Source: Desulfatiglandales bacterium (lineage in GTDB: Bacteria; Desulfobacterota; DSM-4660; Desulfatiglandales; HGW-15). From it: 64,000 nt of DNA. The position numbers were made by a program, and so were the translations under genes. The stretch is taken from the NCBI GenBank assembly GCA_963667015.2, contig CAXXJJ010000004.1:2368001-2432000 (forward strand). The letters run 5' to 3'. How positions within the stretch are numbered: the first letter of the stretch is position 1; each line of letters begins with the position of its first letter. The notes beneath the pieces are model-generated. The model made no database searches, was not told the origin of the DNA, and saw nothing but the letters and a program-made list of their open reading frames with translations. Below are positions 1 through 9,920 of the stretch, piece by piece.

Positions 1-2
1 AT

Positions 3-1394
3 GCCAGGATATCTCCTATAATAATAAATGGTCAAAAAATAGGAGGGTATTCATTTTATAATGATATATCGAAAATAAAAGATGCGCAGGATGCAATACA
101 AAAGGTCAATCAGGAGCTGGAATCAAGGGTTGAAGAAAGAACAAAAGCGCTTAAGGAAAGTGAAGGGAAATATAGAACAACAATTGAAAGTTCCCACGAT
201 GGCGTGGCAATACTTCAAAATAATAAACATGTATATGTAAACAACAGCTTTGCAAGGATATTCGGGTATAATTCTGCTGATGAGGTTATAGGAAAAGGCG
301 CTATTGAATTAATTCATCCCCATGATCTTGAATATATTATAAAAAGAGGAGAAAAGAGGCTTACAGGAGAAATAGGAGGTGAACGTTATGAACATCGCGG
401 GATTAAAAAGAATGGTGAAATAATTTATGTTGAAGTATCGGTAACTAAAATAATTCATGATGGCAATCCCGCAACACTTGTCTTTACAAGAGATATATCG
501 GAACGAAAAGAGGCCGAGACAAAGCTTGAAAAGGCCTATTCAGAAATAAAAGAAGCGCAGTCAAGGATTATTCAGCAGGAAAAGATGGCATCTATCGGAC
601 AACTGGCAGCCGGAGTGGCACATGAGATAAATAATCCAACCGGTTTTGTGAGCAGCAATCTTAATACATTATCTGTGTATATCAAGGATTACAATAATCT
701 GATAGCAAGTTATCGCGGCCTGATAAATATGATGGAACAGGACAGGCAGACAATCAAGTATACTGAACAGATCCAGGATATCAGGAAACTTGAAGAAAAA
801 ATGGATATTGAATTCCTGATTGACGACATAGCAGGCCTGATTGAAGAAAGCTGTGAAGGAACAGAGAGGATAAAAAAGATAGTGCAGGATCTAAAGGATT
901 TTGCCCATCCGGGCGAAGACAAGCCCAGCTATGCTGACATCAACAAATGCATTGAATCTACACTTAATGTTGTATGGAATGAATTAAAATATAAGGTACA
1001 GGTTGTAAAAGATTATGGGGCGCTTCAGGAGATATTATGTTTCCCTCAGCAGCTTAATCAGGTCTTTGCCAATCTTTTTGTAAACTCAGCGCAGGCAATC
1101 AATGATGAAGGTGAAATCAGGATTAAGACCGGTTTGTCGGGCGAAGAAATAGAAGTTATTATCAGTGATACCGGCATAGGGATACCAGAAGAAAATTTAA
1201 CAAAAATTTTTGAACCATTTTTTACTACTAAAGAGGTAGGAAAAGGCACTGGCCTGGGTCTTAATGTGGTATACAATATTATTAAAAAGCATAATGGGAA
1301 AATTTCAGTGGAAAGTAGGCAGGGACAAGGAACAACGTTTACCATAATACTGCCGGTAAACAATACTGATCAAAGCCTGAATTTAAATAAATAA
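3..1394 (+). CDS. PAS-domain sensor histidine kinase (5'-partial, runs off window start)
   Basis: Frame is open from nt 3. PAS repeats, H-box GVAHEINNP, N-box NLFVNSAQA, G1 DTGIG, F-box FEPFFTTK, G2 GTGLGL. Confidence 0.9.
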   Translation, partial: ARISPIIINGQKIGGYSFYNDISKIKDAQDAIQKVNQELESRVEERTKALKESEGKYRTTIESSHDGVAILQNNKHVYVNNSFARIFGYNSADEVIGKGAIELIHPHDLEYIIKRGEKRLTGEIGGERYEHRGIKKNGEIIYVEVSVTKIIHDGNPATLVFTRDISERKEAETKLEKAYSEIKEAQSRIIQQEKMASIGQLAAGVAHEINNPTGFVSSNLNTLSVYIKDYNNLIASYRGLINMMEQDRQTIKYTEQIQDIRKLEEKMDIEFLIDDIAGLIEESCEGTERIKKIVQDLKDFAHPGEDKPSYADINKCIESTLNVVWNELKYKVQVVKDYGALQEILCFPQQLNQVFANLFVNSAQAINDEGEIRIKTGLSGEEIEVIISDTGIGIPEENLTKIFEPFFTTKEVGKGTGLGLNVVYNIIKKHNGKISVESRQGQGTTFTIILPVNNTDQSLNLNK

Positions 1395-1447
1395 TAATTG
1401 CACTCCGGTTAAGGAGATATTTCATCCATCTTCAAATAGGAAAAACT

Positions 1448-2788
1448 ATGGAACTAAAATATAAACATACAATACTTGTTGTAGATGATGAAGTTTCAAT
1501 CACCAAGTCACTTCACAGGCTCTTCCGAAAAGAAGGCATTAATGTAATTGAAGCAACAAGCGGCCCGGAAGCTTTGGATTTATTACAAAAACTGGAAAGA
1601 CCTGTATCAGGCATTATTTCCGATCAGCGCATGCCAAAGATGACAGGATCGCAGTTTATGAAGGAAGCAAAAACGTTTGCCCCGGATTCTTTCAGGATAT
1701 TATTAACCGGATATTCAGATATCGACGCCATTATTGAAGCTTTAAACATTGGACAAATCCATAAATATATTACAAAACCCTGGAAAGACAATGAACTTGT
1801 ATTACAGGTAAAGGAATCTCTAAAACAATATGAGCTTATCCTGGAAAACAGGAAATTAAACAATATAGTAAAGAGGCAGAATAAAGAGTTAAAGGAAATC
1901 AATAAATCTCTTGAACAGAAAGTTGCAGAACGGACAAAGGAAATAGAACAAAAAAACATTGAACTTGAACAGGGCCTCTTCAATACTGTAAGGGCCTTTG
2001 CGTCATTGATAGATAACAGCGCTCCTGAGATCGCCGGCCATGGAAGGAGAGTGAGTCTTTTCTCAAAACAGATAGCACAAATTCTTGAACTCTCGGAATT
2101 GGAGATTATGAACGTTGAGATTGCGGGGTTATTACATGATATCGGAAAAATAGGTCTCTCCCAAAAACTTTTATTAATTGACAATAAAAAGGTAACAGAA
2201 GAAGAAAAGGAGCAATATCAAAAACACCCTGAAGAAGGTCAGATAATTGTCAGGTTCATAAAAAAGCTCGACCATGTCGGACTGATTATAAGGTCTCATC
2301 ATGAAAGGTTTGATGGAAAGGGTTTCCCTGATCAACTTAGTTGTGACCTTATACCGATAGAGTCCCAGATAATTGCTATTTCGGACCGTTATGATAAAAT
2401 TGTATTTATGGGTATAGACAAAGAAAAGATTATAAAAGAGTATTTAAAGGAGCGTGATATAACAGGCGACCATTTGGCTCCGGATGCTCTTTTAAAGGCC
2501 GCGGCAGTCTCTTCTATCAAAAAAAATTCGTTCAGTGAATATGCTCCGGATGTTGTGAAGGCCTTTTTAGACGTTACAGAGAAACAGGGAGTGAGCGATC
2601 AGGACGACATTGAAGTGCCGTTAGATAAACTTTCCGAGGGGATGATACTATCAAGGTCTTTATATACCACGAATGGCAGATTCCTTTTACCCTACAATAC
2701 AAAACTGACGTCTGAACTAATCCATAAACTGAAGACTCTCCAGTCTCGCAGCCCGTTAATTATCAATAGTCTCCCCATTAAAAAGTAA
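1448..2788 (+). CDS. Response regulator with HD-GYP-type output domain
   Basis: REC (VVDDE, ISDQRMP, TKPW), coiled coil, LLHDIGK, HHERFDGKGFP, and a short extra C-terminal domain (LSEGMILSR). Confidence 0.88.
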   Translation: MELKYKHTILVVDDEVSITKSLHRLFRKEGINVIEATSGPEALDLLQKLERPVSGIISDQRMPKMTGSQFMKEAKTFAPDSFRILLTGYSDIDAIIEALNIGQIHKYITKPWKDNELVLQVKESLKQYELILENRKLNNIVKRQNKELKEINKSLEQKVAERTKEIEQKNIELEQGLFNTVRAFASLIDNSAPEIAGHGRRVSLFSKQIAQILELSELEIMNVEIAGLLHDIGKIGLSQKLLLIDNKKVTEEEKEQYQKHPEEGQIIVRFIKKLDHVGLIIRSHHERFDGKGFPDQLSCDLIPIESQIIAISDRYDKIVFMGIDKEKIIKEYLKERDITGDHLAPDALLKAAAVSSIKKNSFSEYAPDVVKAFLDVTEKQGVSDQDDIEVPLDKLSEGMILSRSLYTTNGRFLLPYNTKLTSELIHKLKTLQSRSPLIINSLPIKK

Positions 2789-2806
2789 AAGATAAATGGA
2801 TAAAAA

Positions 2807-3658
2807 ATGAACTACAATGAAATGAAACAAAAACTCGATAAAATTGATAATCTTCCGACTCTTCCATCAATTGCAATAGAGGTTAATCAATTATTACAGG
2901 ATTATGACACGTCTATAAAAAAACTGAGCCTTGTCATAGAAAATGACCAGGCAATATCTTCAAAAATATTAAAGTTGGTCAATTCGGCATTTTTCGGACT
3001 TGGCTCAAAAGTCGGCAATATTCCTCATGCGATTACACTACTGGGATTTAACACTGTTCGAAATGCTGTTATTTCAGTGTCTGTTATAAAGGTATTATCG
3101 GATATTTCTGATATGGCTGACTTTAAAATTGGAGATTTCTGGACTCACTCCATCTCAGTCGCAGTTGCCAGTAAACGTCTAGCAGAAACAACACGACTCC
3201 ATAATCCGGATGACTGTTTTATTGGAGGGCTTCTTCACGATATAGGCAAAGTGGTAATGATTAATAATCTTAAAGCTCTTTTTAAAGAGGTATGGAAATT
3301 AAAAAAAGATGAGGATATCTCTTTTTTTGAAGCTGAAAAAAAAGTTGGATCAATGAATCATGCTCAAATCGGGGGTTATCTTGCCTCACGATGGAAGCTT
3401 CCTGCAGCATTATCAGATACAATAGCCAGGCATCACTCTATTTCTGAAATGGCAATTGATACAAATCTTTTAAAAATAATTCATTCTGCCGACATTATTA
3501 TCAACAACCTTGACTTAATAGATTCGGATTCACATGAGAAGCTGAATATACCTGATGACATAGCAGATAAGATCAGGGAAGAGCTCCAACCTGACAATGA
3601 ATGGCTTAAAACACTGAAGGCAGACATTGATGAAGCCTGTCATTTTTTTAAAGAATAA
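2807..3658 (+). CDS. Stand-alone HDOD domain protein
   Basis: LPTLP, DQAISSKILKLVNSAFFG, AITLLG, FWTHS, GLLHDIGK, HAQIGGYLASRWKLP. Confidence 0.9.
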   Translation: MNYNEMKQKLDKIDNLPTLPSIAIEVNQLLQDYDTSIKKLSLVIENDQAISSKILKLVNSAFFGLGSKVGNIPHAITLLGFNTVRNAVISVSVIKVLSDISDMADFKIGDFWTHSISVAVASKRLAETTRLHNPDDCFIGGLLHDIGKVVMINNLKALFKEVWKLKKDEDISFFEAEKKVGSMNHAQIGGYLASRWKLPAALSDTIARHHSISEMAIDTNLLKIIHSADIIINNLDLIDSDSHEKLNIPDDIADKIREELQPDNEWLKTLKADIDEACHFFKE

Positions 3659-3668
3659 GGAAAAGCCC

Positions 3669-4502
3669 GTGGAAAATGACTATACAATCTTAATCGTTGA
3701 TGATGAAGAAAACATTTTAAAGAGTCTCAAACGCCTGTTGCACATGGACGGTTATAGAATCCTGACATCTTTAACTTGTGAGGAAGGCTATAAAATATTA
3801 AATGAGAACGATGTACAGCTTATCATCTCTGATCAGAGAATGCCTAAATCCAGCGGAACAGAGTTTCTTTCAAAGGTCAAAGAAGATTTTCCCCATATAA
3901 TCAGAACTATCCTTTCCGGGTTTACTGATGTTAATACAATTACAGAATCAGTGAACAAAGGACATATCTATAAATTCTTTTTTAAGCCATGGAATGACAA
4001 CAATTTGAGACTCGAAATAAAACAATGCCTGGAGCAGTATGAACTTATTAAAAAAAACAGGGAACTTAATGAAATAGTAGTCAATAAAAACAAAGACCTC
4101 GAACTTATTAATGCAGAATTAAAAAGAATCAACGACAACCTGGAATCAATGGTAGAAAAAAGGACAAGAGATCTTGAAATCCAGAACCAGGCACTTGAAT
4201 TGTCACGTGCTATTTTTGATGATATCCCTCTTTCGGTGCTTGGTGTCAGTTCGGATGGCATGATTGTTTTATGTAACAATAAGGCCTCAGACATAACATC
4301 AGATAACATTTACTTTGAGACAGGCAGAATAATCTCTGAATATCTGCCGGAAAGTGCGAAAAAATTATTTGATAATTCATTAAATTGTGAGGAACCTGCC
4401 ACAATTGACAGCTGTACCATTATGGGAAAAGACTACAAAATATTAATTAAGCCTCTTTCTGGTCGATTCGAAGGAAAAGGAGCTACTGTTATAATTATAT
4501 AG
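3669..4502 (+). CDS. Response regulator (REC, coiled coil, PAS-like C-terminus)
   Basis: ILIVDDE, ISDQRMP, FFKPW. GTG start at 3669 preferred over 3627 because it avoids overlap and has a purine-rich RBS. Confidence 0.85.
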   Translation: MENDYTILIVDDEENILKSLKRLLHMDGYRILTSLTCEEGYKILNENDVQLIISDQRMPKSSGTEFLSKVKEDFPHIIRTILSGFTDVNTITESVNKGHIYKFFFKPWNDNNLRLEIKQCLEQYELIKKNRELNEIVVNKNKDLELINAELKRINDNLESMVEKRTRDLEIQNQALELSRAIFDDIPLSVLGVSSDGMIVLCNNKASDITSDNIYFETGRIISEYLPESAKKLFDNSLNCEEPATIDSCTIMGKDYKILIKPLSGRFEGKGATVIII

Positions 4503-4576
4503 TACAAGCTATTTTAAGTTTAACTATTTAGTTTATACTGCAAAACTGATATAGTTTAAATTAACAGGAACCAGTT

Positions 4577-5431
4577 ATGGATACAAATTTTTCAAAAGAT
4601 GAATTGATCAAAGAAGTAAAGGATCTCAAAAACAAATACGACATTGGAAACAGACTGATTGACAGTTTATGTGAAAAAATCCAGGAATCAGATATACGGC
4701 AAAGAGAACTTGACGCATTAATGAATGGAGCGAAGGTAGTACTCGGGCAAAAAGGTTTTACCGAATCAGCGCGAGCTATCTTCGATTACTGCAAAGATCT
4801 AATCGGAGCAACTTCCGGTTATGTTGCACTTCTCAGTGAGTCTGGAGAGGAAAACGAGGTGCTTTTTCTTGAAGCAGGAGGGCTTCCCTGTGATGTTAAT
4901 CCTGAACTGCCTATGCCAATCCGTGGATTACGCGCTGAGTCATATCATTCAAATAAAGCTGTCTACCACAATGATTTTATGAACAGTGAATGGGTCAATT
5001 TTATGCCCGGGGGGCATGTTATCCTTAAAAATGTAATGTTCGCGCCTCTTGTGCTGGAGGGCAAAACTGTTGGCATAATCGGTTTAGCAAACAAGTTTAC
5101 AGATTTTAACGAAAATGATGCTAAAATAGCATCCAGCTTTGGTGAACTGGCTGCCATTGCGTTAGACAACAGTAATAATCTTGATAAAAGAATTGCCGCT
5201 GAAAAACAGCGTGAAAAAGTAATATCCGAACTTAACAAAGCCCTGTCTGAGGTCAAAAAGCTGAGCGGACTTTTACCTATATGTTCCTATTGCAAAAAAA
5301 TTCGTGATGACAAAGGATACTGGACTCAGATAGAATCCTATATCCATGATCATTCAGAGGCTGATTTCAGTCACAGCATATGCGATGAGTGCCTGATCAA
5401 ATATTATCCTGATCATGAACCTGAAACATAA
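4577..5431 (+). CDS. GAF-domain protein with C-terminal CxxC...HxxCxxC putative zinc-binding domain
   Basis: GAF (APLVLEGKTVGIIGLANK) followed by LLPICSYCKKIRDDKGYW...FSHSICDEC. Confidence 0.8.
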   Translation: MDTNFSKDELIKEVKDLKNKYDIGNRLIDSLCEKIQESDIRQRELDALMNGAKVVLGQKGFTESARAIFDYCKDLIGATSGYVALLSESGEENEVLFLEAGGLPCDVNPELPMPIRGLRAESYHSNKAVYHNDFMNSEWVNFMPGGHVILKNVMFAPLVLEGKTVGIIGLANKFTDFNENDAKIASSFGELAAIALDNSNNLDKRIAAEKQREKVISELNKALSEVKKLSGLLPICSYCKKIRDDKGYWTQIESYIHDHSEADFSHSICDECLIKYYPDHEPET

Positions 5432-5487
5432 TAAGATGGTTTATGTAACACATTAATCGTGAGACCTTAATTAAAAGGAATTGCGTA

Positions 5488-5625
5488 ATGACGGCCAATC
5501 TGATCAAAATATTTCATTTATATTCTTTGTGTCTGCCTGTTATTTTGTTTACATATCAATTTTTATTAACCCCGTTTGCACAGGCTGATCAACGCACAGT
5601 AAGGGTTGGCAACTTCGATATGTGA
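5488..5625 (+). pseudogene. 5' remnant (signal peptide and first strand) of a periplasmic-binding-domain sensor
   Basis: RBS AAAGGA, ATG, 45 codons MTANLIKIFHLYSLCLPVILFTYQFLLTPFAQA-DQRTVRVGNFDM*. AQA cleavage site followed by TVRVG, typical of SBP family 3 starts. Confidence 0.55.
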
Positions 5626-5719
5626 CCGGGAAAGGATACTTGCTGCCGGAGCAACCGGTTACATCGAAAAGCCAATCAACCCGGATATCTTTGTGTCGCA
5701 GATAATCGGTTACCTGTAA
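5624..5719 (+). pseudogene. 3' remnant of a DivK/CheY-like single-domain response regulator
   Basis: Translates DRERILAAGATGYIEKPINPDIFVSQIIGYL* (alpha4-beta5-alpha5 of a receiver domain); no start codon. Confidence 0.75.
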
Positions 5720-5747
5720 AAAACTTCCGATAATAAGGAGAATCAGG

Positions 5748-8700
5748 ATGAAAACACTTATAGTTGATGACAGAGAAGATAGCCGTTACCTGCTTGAGGT
5801 CCTGCTCAAGGGAAACAATCATGATGTTGAAACCGCAGTTAATGGCGCGGAGGCACTTGAAAAACTCAAAACCGGGAAGATTGATCTGATTATCAGTGAT
5901 ATCCTGATGCCTGTCATGGACGGTTTCCAACTGTGCCGGATAGTGAAATCTGATGAGAATCTTCAACATATCCCCTTTATTATTTACACTGCAACCTACA
6001 CCGGGCATCAGGACAAGGAGTTTGCTGTCAAAATCGGTGCTGACCGCTTCATTGTCAAACCCTGCGATCCTGATATGTTTATGCAGGCGGTTCATGAAGT
6101 AATTACCGCCACCCAAAACCCTGATACTGATTCAAAACCGATTCCCATGCATGAAGAAGAGTTACTCAAACTATACAATGAAAGATTGGTTAGGAAACTT
6201 GCGCAAAAGATGCTGATACTTGAAAAAGAGATACAGTTAAAACAGGAGTCAGAAAAAAAATTCAGATCAATTACCGAAAATGCCGTAGACTGTATCTTTA
6301 TAAAGGATAAGGATAGAAAATACACATTTGTCAATCGTGCAATGCAGAATCTATTGGGCCTGAAGGAGGAGGAAATTCTAGGAAAAAACCCTGATGAGAT
6401 TTTTGATCTTGAACAGGAGAAAATTGTTAAAGAGGTAGATGAAAGGACCATCTCAGGAGAAACTGTAAACGAGACACGAAGCATGATAATTGAAGGGAAA
6501 AAATATTTTTTAAATACCATTCAGGTACCCTTGAGAATGCAGAACGGAGCGGTAATCGAGATCATGGGGATTGTTAGAGATATTACCGAACATAAAAAAG
6601 CCGAGGCCGGTCTGATAGCTTCAGAGCAGAGATGGCGAAACATACTCATCAATACACCTCAAATCGGCATTTCGTTGAACCCGGAAGGGAAAATTATCTT
6701 TGCAAACATTCATTTTTTAAAGCTGACCGGCTGGAGCCAGGAGGAGGTGCTGGGATCTGACTGGTTCGATATGTTCATTCCAGAGACCATTAGAGAAAAA
6801 ATACGCGGGATATTTCACAAAATTATGAGACAAAAGAACACATCCGGATTTACTTCCTATGAAAACGATATAATGACAAAAAGTGGCGAACTGAGAAATA
6901 TATCATGGTCCAACTCCATAACAAAAGACGCCAAGGAAGAAATCATCGATGTTACATGCCTGGGTATCGATCTTACAGAACGCCAACGAGCCGAAAAGGC
7001 ATTGAAAGAGAGTGAAGAAAAATACCGCCTGCTTGTCGAGAACCAGAGCGACATGGTCGTAAAGGTGGATACCTCAGGCAGGTTTTTATTCGTAAGTCCT
7101 TCATACTGCCGGACCTTTGGTAAAACAGAGGACGAGTTACTGGGACAGCAGTTCATACCGCTCGTGCATGAAGAGGATCACGCATCAACCGCAAAGACGA
7201 TGGAAGCTCTCTATTCGCCTCCACACACTGACTTTTGGGAACAACTAACCATGACAAAGGATGGCTGGCGGTGGTTGTCATGGTCATATACTGCGATATT
7301 TGGCGAGGACGGCAACATCAAAGAAATTATCGGAGTTGGCCGTGACATCACAGAACGTAAAATCGCAGCTGATACAATAAGTCAAAGTGAAAATAAATTT
7401 CGTAGTCTGTTTGATCTTTCGCCACAGGCGATCGCACTTACAGATTTTAATACAGGGGAACTGATTGATGTCAACCACAAGCTCTGTGAATTAACTCACT
7501 ATTCTAAAGATGAAATCATAGGAAAAAGCACAACAGAAATCGGATTTTATTCCGACAAGGACAGAAATCGATTTATTAATGAGTTTCAAAAATCCGGGCA
7601 CATTAATGGAATGGAAATGAATTTTATAGCCAAAGACGACTCTGAAATTAAAACCTTGGCTTTCTCAAGGTTGTTAGATGTCTCGGGGCAATCTTTAATC
7701 CTGACTATTTTCCATGATGTCACATTTCAAAAAAAGCTTGAATCTAGTCTGCAGCAGGCACAGAAGATGGAATCCATAGGGAACCTGTCCGGTGGTATAG
7801 CACATGATTTTAACAATATTTTATTTCCGATTGTCGGCATATCCGAAATGCTAATGGAAGATTTTCCACCTGAAAGCCCGGAATACAACAGTGCCAGAGA
7901 AATATTTTTAGCAGCAAGAAGAGGCAGTGACCTTGTTAAACAGATTCTCGCTTTCAGCAGACAATCCGAACATCGTCTGATACCGGTCCGGATACAGCAA
8001 ATCCTCAAAGAGATTATAAATCTTAGCCGTTCCGCGATTCCGACTTTTATAGATATTGATTACAACATTCAGCAGAACTGCGGATTGGCGATGTCTGATC
8101 CTACACAGCTGCATCAGGTTGCAATGAACCTGATCACCAACGCCTACCATGCCCTGGAAGCTAATGGCGGGAAAATATCGGTGACTCTGAAAGAAACCGA
8201 ACTGGGAAATGAAGATTTCCCCGGTTCAGAACTCATCCCTGGAAAGTATGCAGAGATCACTGTCGCAGATACAGGTTGCGGTATCGATCCTTCATTGATG
8301 GACAAAATATTCGATCCTTATTTCACAACAAAGGAAAAAGGAAAAGGGACCGGGCTTGGACTCGCTGTAGTATATGGAATAGTAAAAGAACATCATGGTG
8401 AAATCAAAGTTTATAGTGAAATCGGCAAAGGTACTACTATTAAAGTATTCCTACCGCTTATGAAGACATCCAGTGAATCAGTACCTCATGAAATCAGACA
8501 AACATTAGAAACCGGAACAGAGCGAATTTTACTGGTAGATGATGAAGCGTCTATCGCAAAGGTCGAAAAATTAATACTAGAGCGACTCGGTTATCAGGTG
8601 ACAATGCGTGTGAGCAGCCTGGAGGCTTTGGAAGTTTTTAAAGCAAAACCCAATGCTTTTGATATGGTAATTTCCGACATGAACATGCCGAACATGACAG

Positions 8701-8903
8701 GAGATCAATTGGCCAGGGAATTAATAGCCATCAGACCAGATATTCCCATCATCATCTTCAGTGGCTTTAGTGAAAGATTCAATGAAAAAAGCGCCTTGGA
8801 TATCGGAATCAAAGGCTTTTTGATGAAACCGATCGTACAGGTAGAATTATCCAGGATGGTCCGGAAGGTATTGGACGAGGTCAAAACAGTTATCAAAGAG
8901 TAA
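5748..8903 (+). CDS. Cytoplasmic hybrid histidine kinase (REC-4xPAS-HisKA-HATPase-REC)
   Basis: N- and C-terminal REC domains, four PAS/PAC repeats, GGIAHDFNNIL, FDPYFTTK, GTGLGL; RBS AAGGAG. Confidence 0.93.
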   Translation: MKTLIVDDREDSRYLLEVLLKGNNHDVETAVNGAEALEKLKTGKIDLIISDILMPVMDGFQLCRIVKSDENLQHIPFIIYTATYTGHQDKEFAVKIGADRFIVKPCDPDMFMQAVHEVITATQNPDTDSKPIPMHEEELLKLYNERLVRKLAQKMLILEKEIQLKQESEKKFRSITENAVDCIFIKDKDRKYTFVNRAMQNLLGLKEEEILGKNPDEIFDLEQEKIVKEVDERTISGETVNETRSMIIEGKKYFLNTIQVPLRMQNGAVIEIMGIVRDITEHKKAEAGLIASEQRWRNILINTPQIGISLNPEGKIIFANIHFLKLTGWSQEEVLGSDWFDMFIPETIREKIRGIFHKIMRQKNTSGFTSYENDIMTKSGELRNISWSNSITKDAKEEIIDVTCLGIDLTERQRAEKALKESEEKYRLLVENQSDMVVKVDTSGRFLFVSPSYCRTFGKTEDELLGQQFIPLVHEEDHASTAKTMEALYSPPHTDFWEQLTMTKDGWRWLSWSYTAIFGEDGNIKEIIGVGRDITERKIAADTISQSENKFRSLFDLSPQAIALTDFNTGELIDVNHKLCELTHYSKDEIIGKSTTEIGFYSDKDRNRFINEFQKSGHINGMEMNFIAKDDSEIKTLAFSRLLDVSGQSLILTIFHDVTFQKKLESSLQQAQKMESIGNLSGGIAHDFNNILFPIVGISEMLMEDFPPESPEYNSAREIFLAARRGSDLVKQILAFSRQSEHRLIPVRIQQILKEIINLSRSAIPTFIDIDYNIQQNCGLAMSDPTQLHQVAMNLITNAYHALEANGGKISVTLKETELGNEDFPGSELIPGKYAEITVADTGCGIDPSLMDKIFDPYFTTKEKGKGTGLGLAVVYGIVKEHHGEIKVYSEIGKGTTIKVFLPLMKTSSESVPHEIRQTLETGTERILLVDDEASIAKVEKLILERLGYQVTMRVSSLEALEVFKAKPNAFDMVISDMNMPNMTGDQLARELIAIRPDIPIIIFSGFSERFNEKSALDIGIKGFLMKPIVQVELSRMVRKVLDEVKTVIKE

Positions 8904-8971
8904 TACGTTCTTAAAAAATAAGCTCTAATGAAATTGGACCAATTAAACTTCAGGCCAGTTAAATTTAACCA

Positions 8972-9163
8972 TTAAGTATACTTTATTTCTATTTCTCTGA
9001 TAAATCCCATAGCAACTAAAATTTCTCCGAGCCTTCTATGCGGCAGGGTTTTGAGGTCTGCCACCATTCGTTGCGATATTGCCCTGCCAAGCTGACATTC
9101 TGCGATATATCCTTTTTCCATAACCAACAGTCCAAAGTTTATGCAATCATCACTTGAAGTCAT
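8972..9163 (-). CDS. Small stand-alone MshEN-like protein (possibly truncated)
   Basis: FGLLVMEKGYIAECQLGRAISQR and RLGEILVAMGFI resemble the two MshEN half-motifs; RBS GGAGG upstream. Confidence 0.6.
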   Translation of the reverse strand: MTSSDDCINFGLLVMEKGYIAECQLGRAISQRMVADLKTLPHRRLGEILVAMGFIREIEIKYT

Positions 9164-9315
9164 TTCCGGGATTATCCTCCATTAAAATGTATTCTGCATG
9201 TGACTGTCATTTGCTTAAAGATCTGAAAATATTAATGATTTAATATAATGGAAATCCATCCTATGAAATATTCTTCAGTTTAAATAATAGAAATCAAACG
9301 CATTTGAAAAGCACA

Positions 9316-9690
9316 CTATCCAAACACAAATTTTATTGCTAATAAAAGTTCTTCTCTTGAAAAAGGTTTTTTAAGCGAATATGAAGCGCCTATCATTTTA
9401 GCGATTTCCAGACATGAGGTTTTGCCTATTCTGCCGCCCCCTGACATTGCGATAATCTTGAGTCGAGGGTATTTTTTATGTAATTCCGCTATAAGCTCGA
9501 TCCCTTCTTTTCCGGGCATATAAATATCGGTAATCAGAACATCTATTGAATATTCATCTATACATTGTGCCGCCTCTTCGCTCTTTAAGCTTGTGTATAC
9601 TTCATATTCATCTATTGCCACCCTCAAATCGCATTTCATCGCATAAAGTATTGCCGGTTCATCATCAATAATTAAAATATTCTTTTTCAT
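9316..9690 (-). CDS. Single-domain response regulator
   Basis: ILIIDDE, ITDIYMP, IIAMSGG, LKKPF. An alternative start at 9723 is possible. Confidence 0.88.
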   Translation of the reverse strand: MKKNILIIDDEPAILYAMKCDLRVAIDEYEVYTSLKSEEAAQCIDEYSIDVLITDIYMPGKEGIELIAELHKKYPRLKIIAMSGGGRIGKTSCLEIAKMIGASYSLKKPFSREELLLAIKFVFG

Positions 9691-9920
9691 ATGACTCGCA
9701 CCTTGTTTTTTACGATAAGACATGCATTAATATTCCTGCCATGAATTATACCACATTGAAATAAAATAATTAATGTGCATTTAATATTGTGCATTTTCAA
9801 TGTCTTCATCATTTTATAAAAATGACAGCATCTGTTTGGCTCTTAATTTTTTATTTGTTACAATAAGTTTTTATTTTCATGAACTATTCGGAGATAGTTA
9901 ACTTTTCCATATATACCTGT

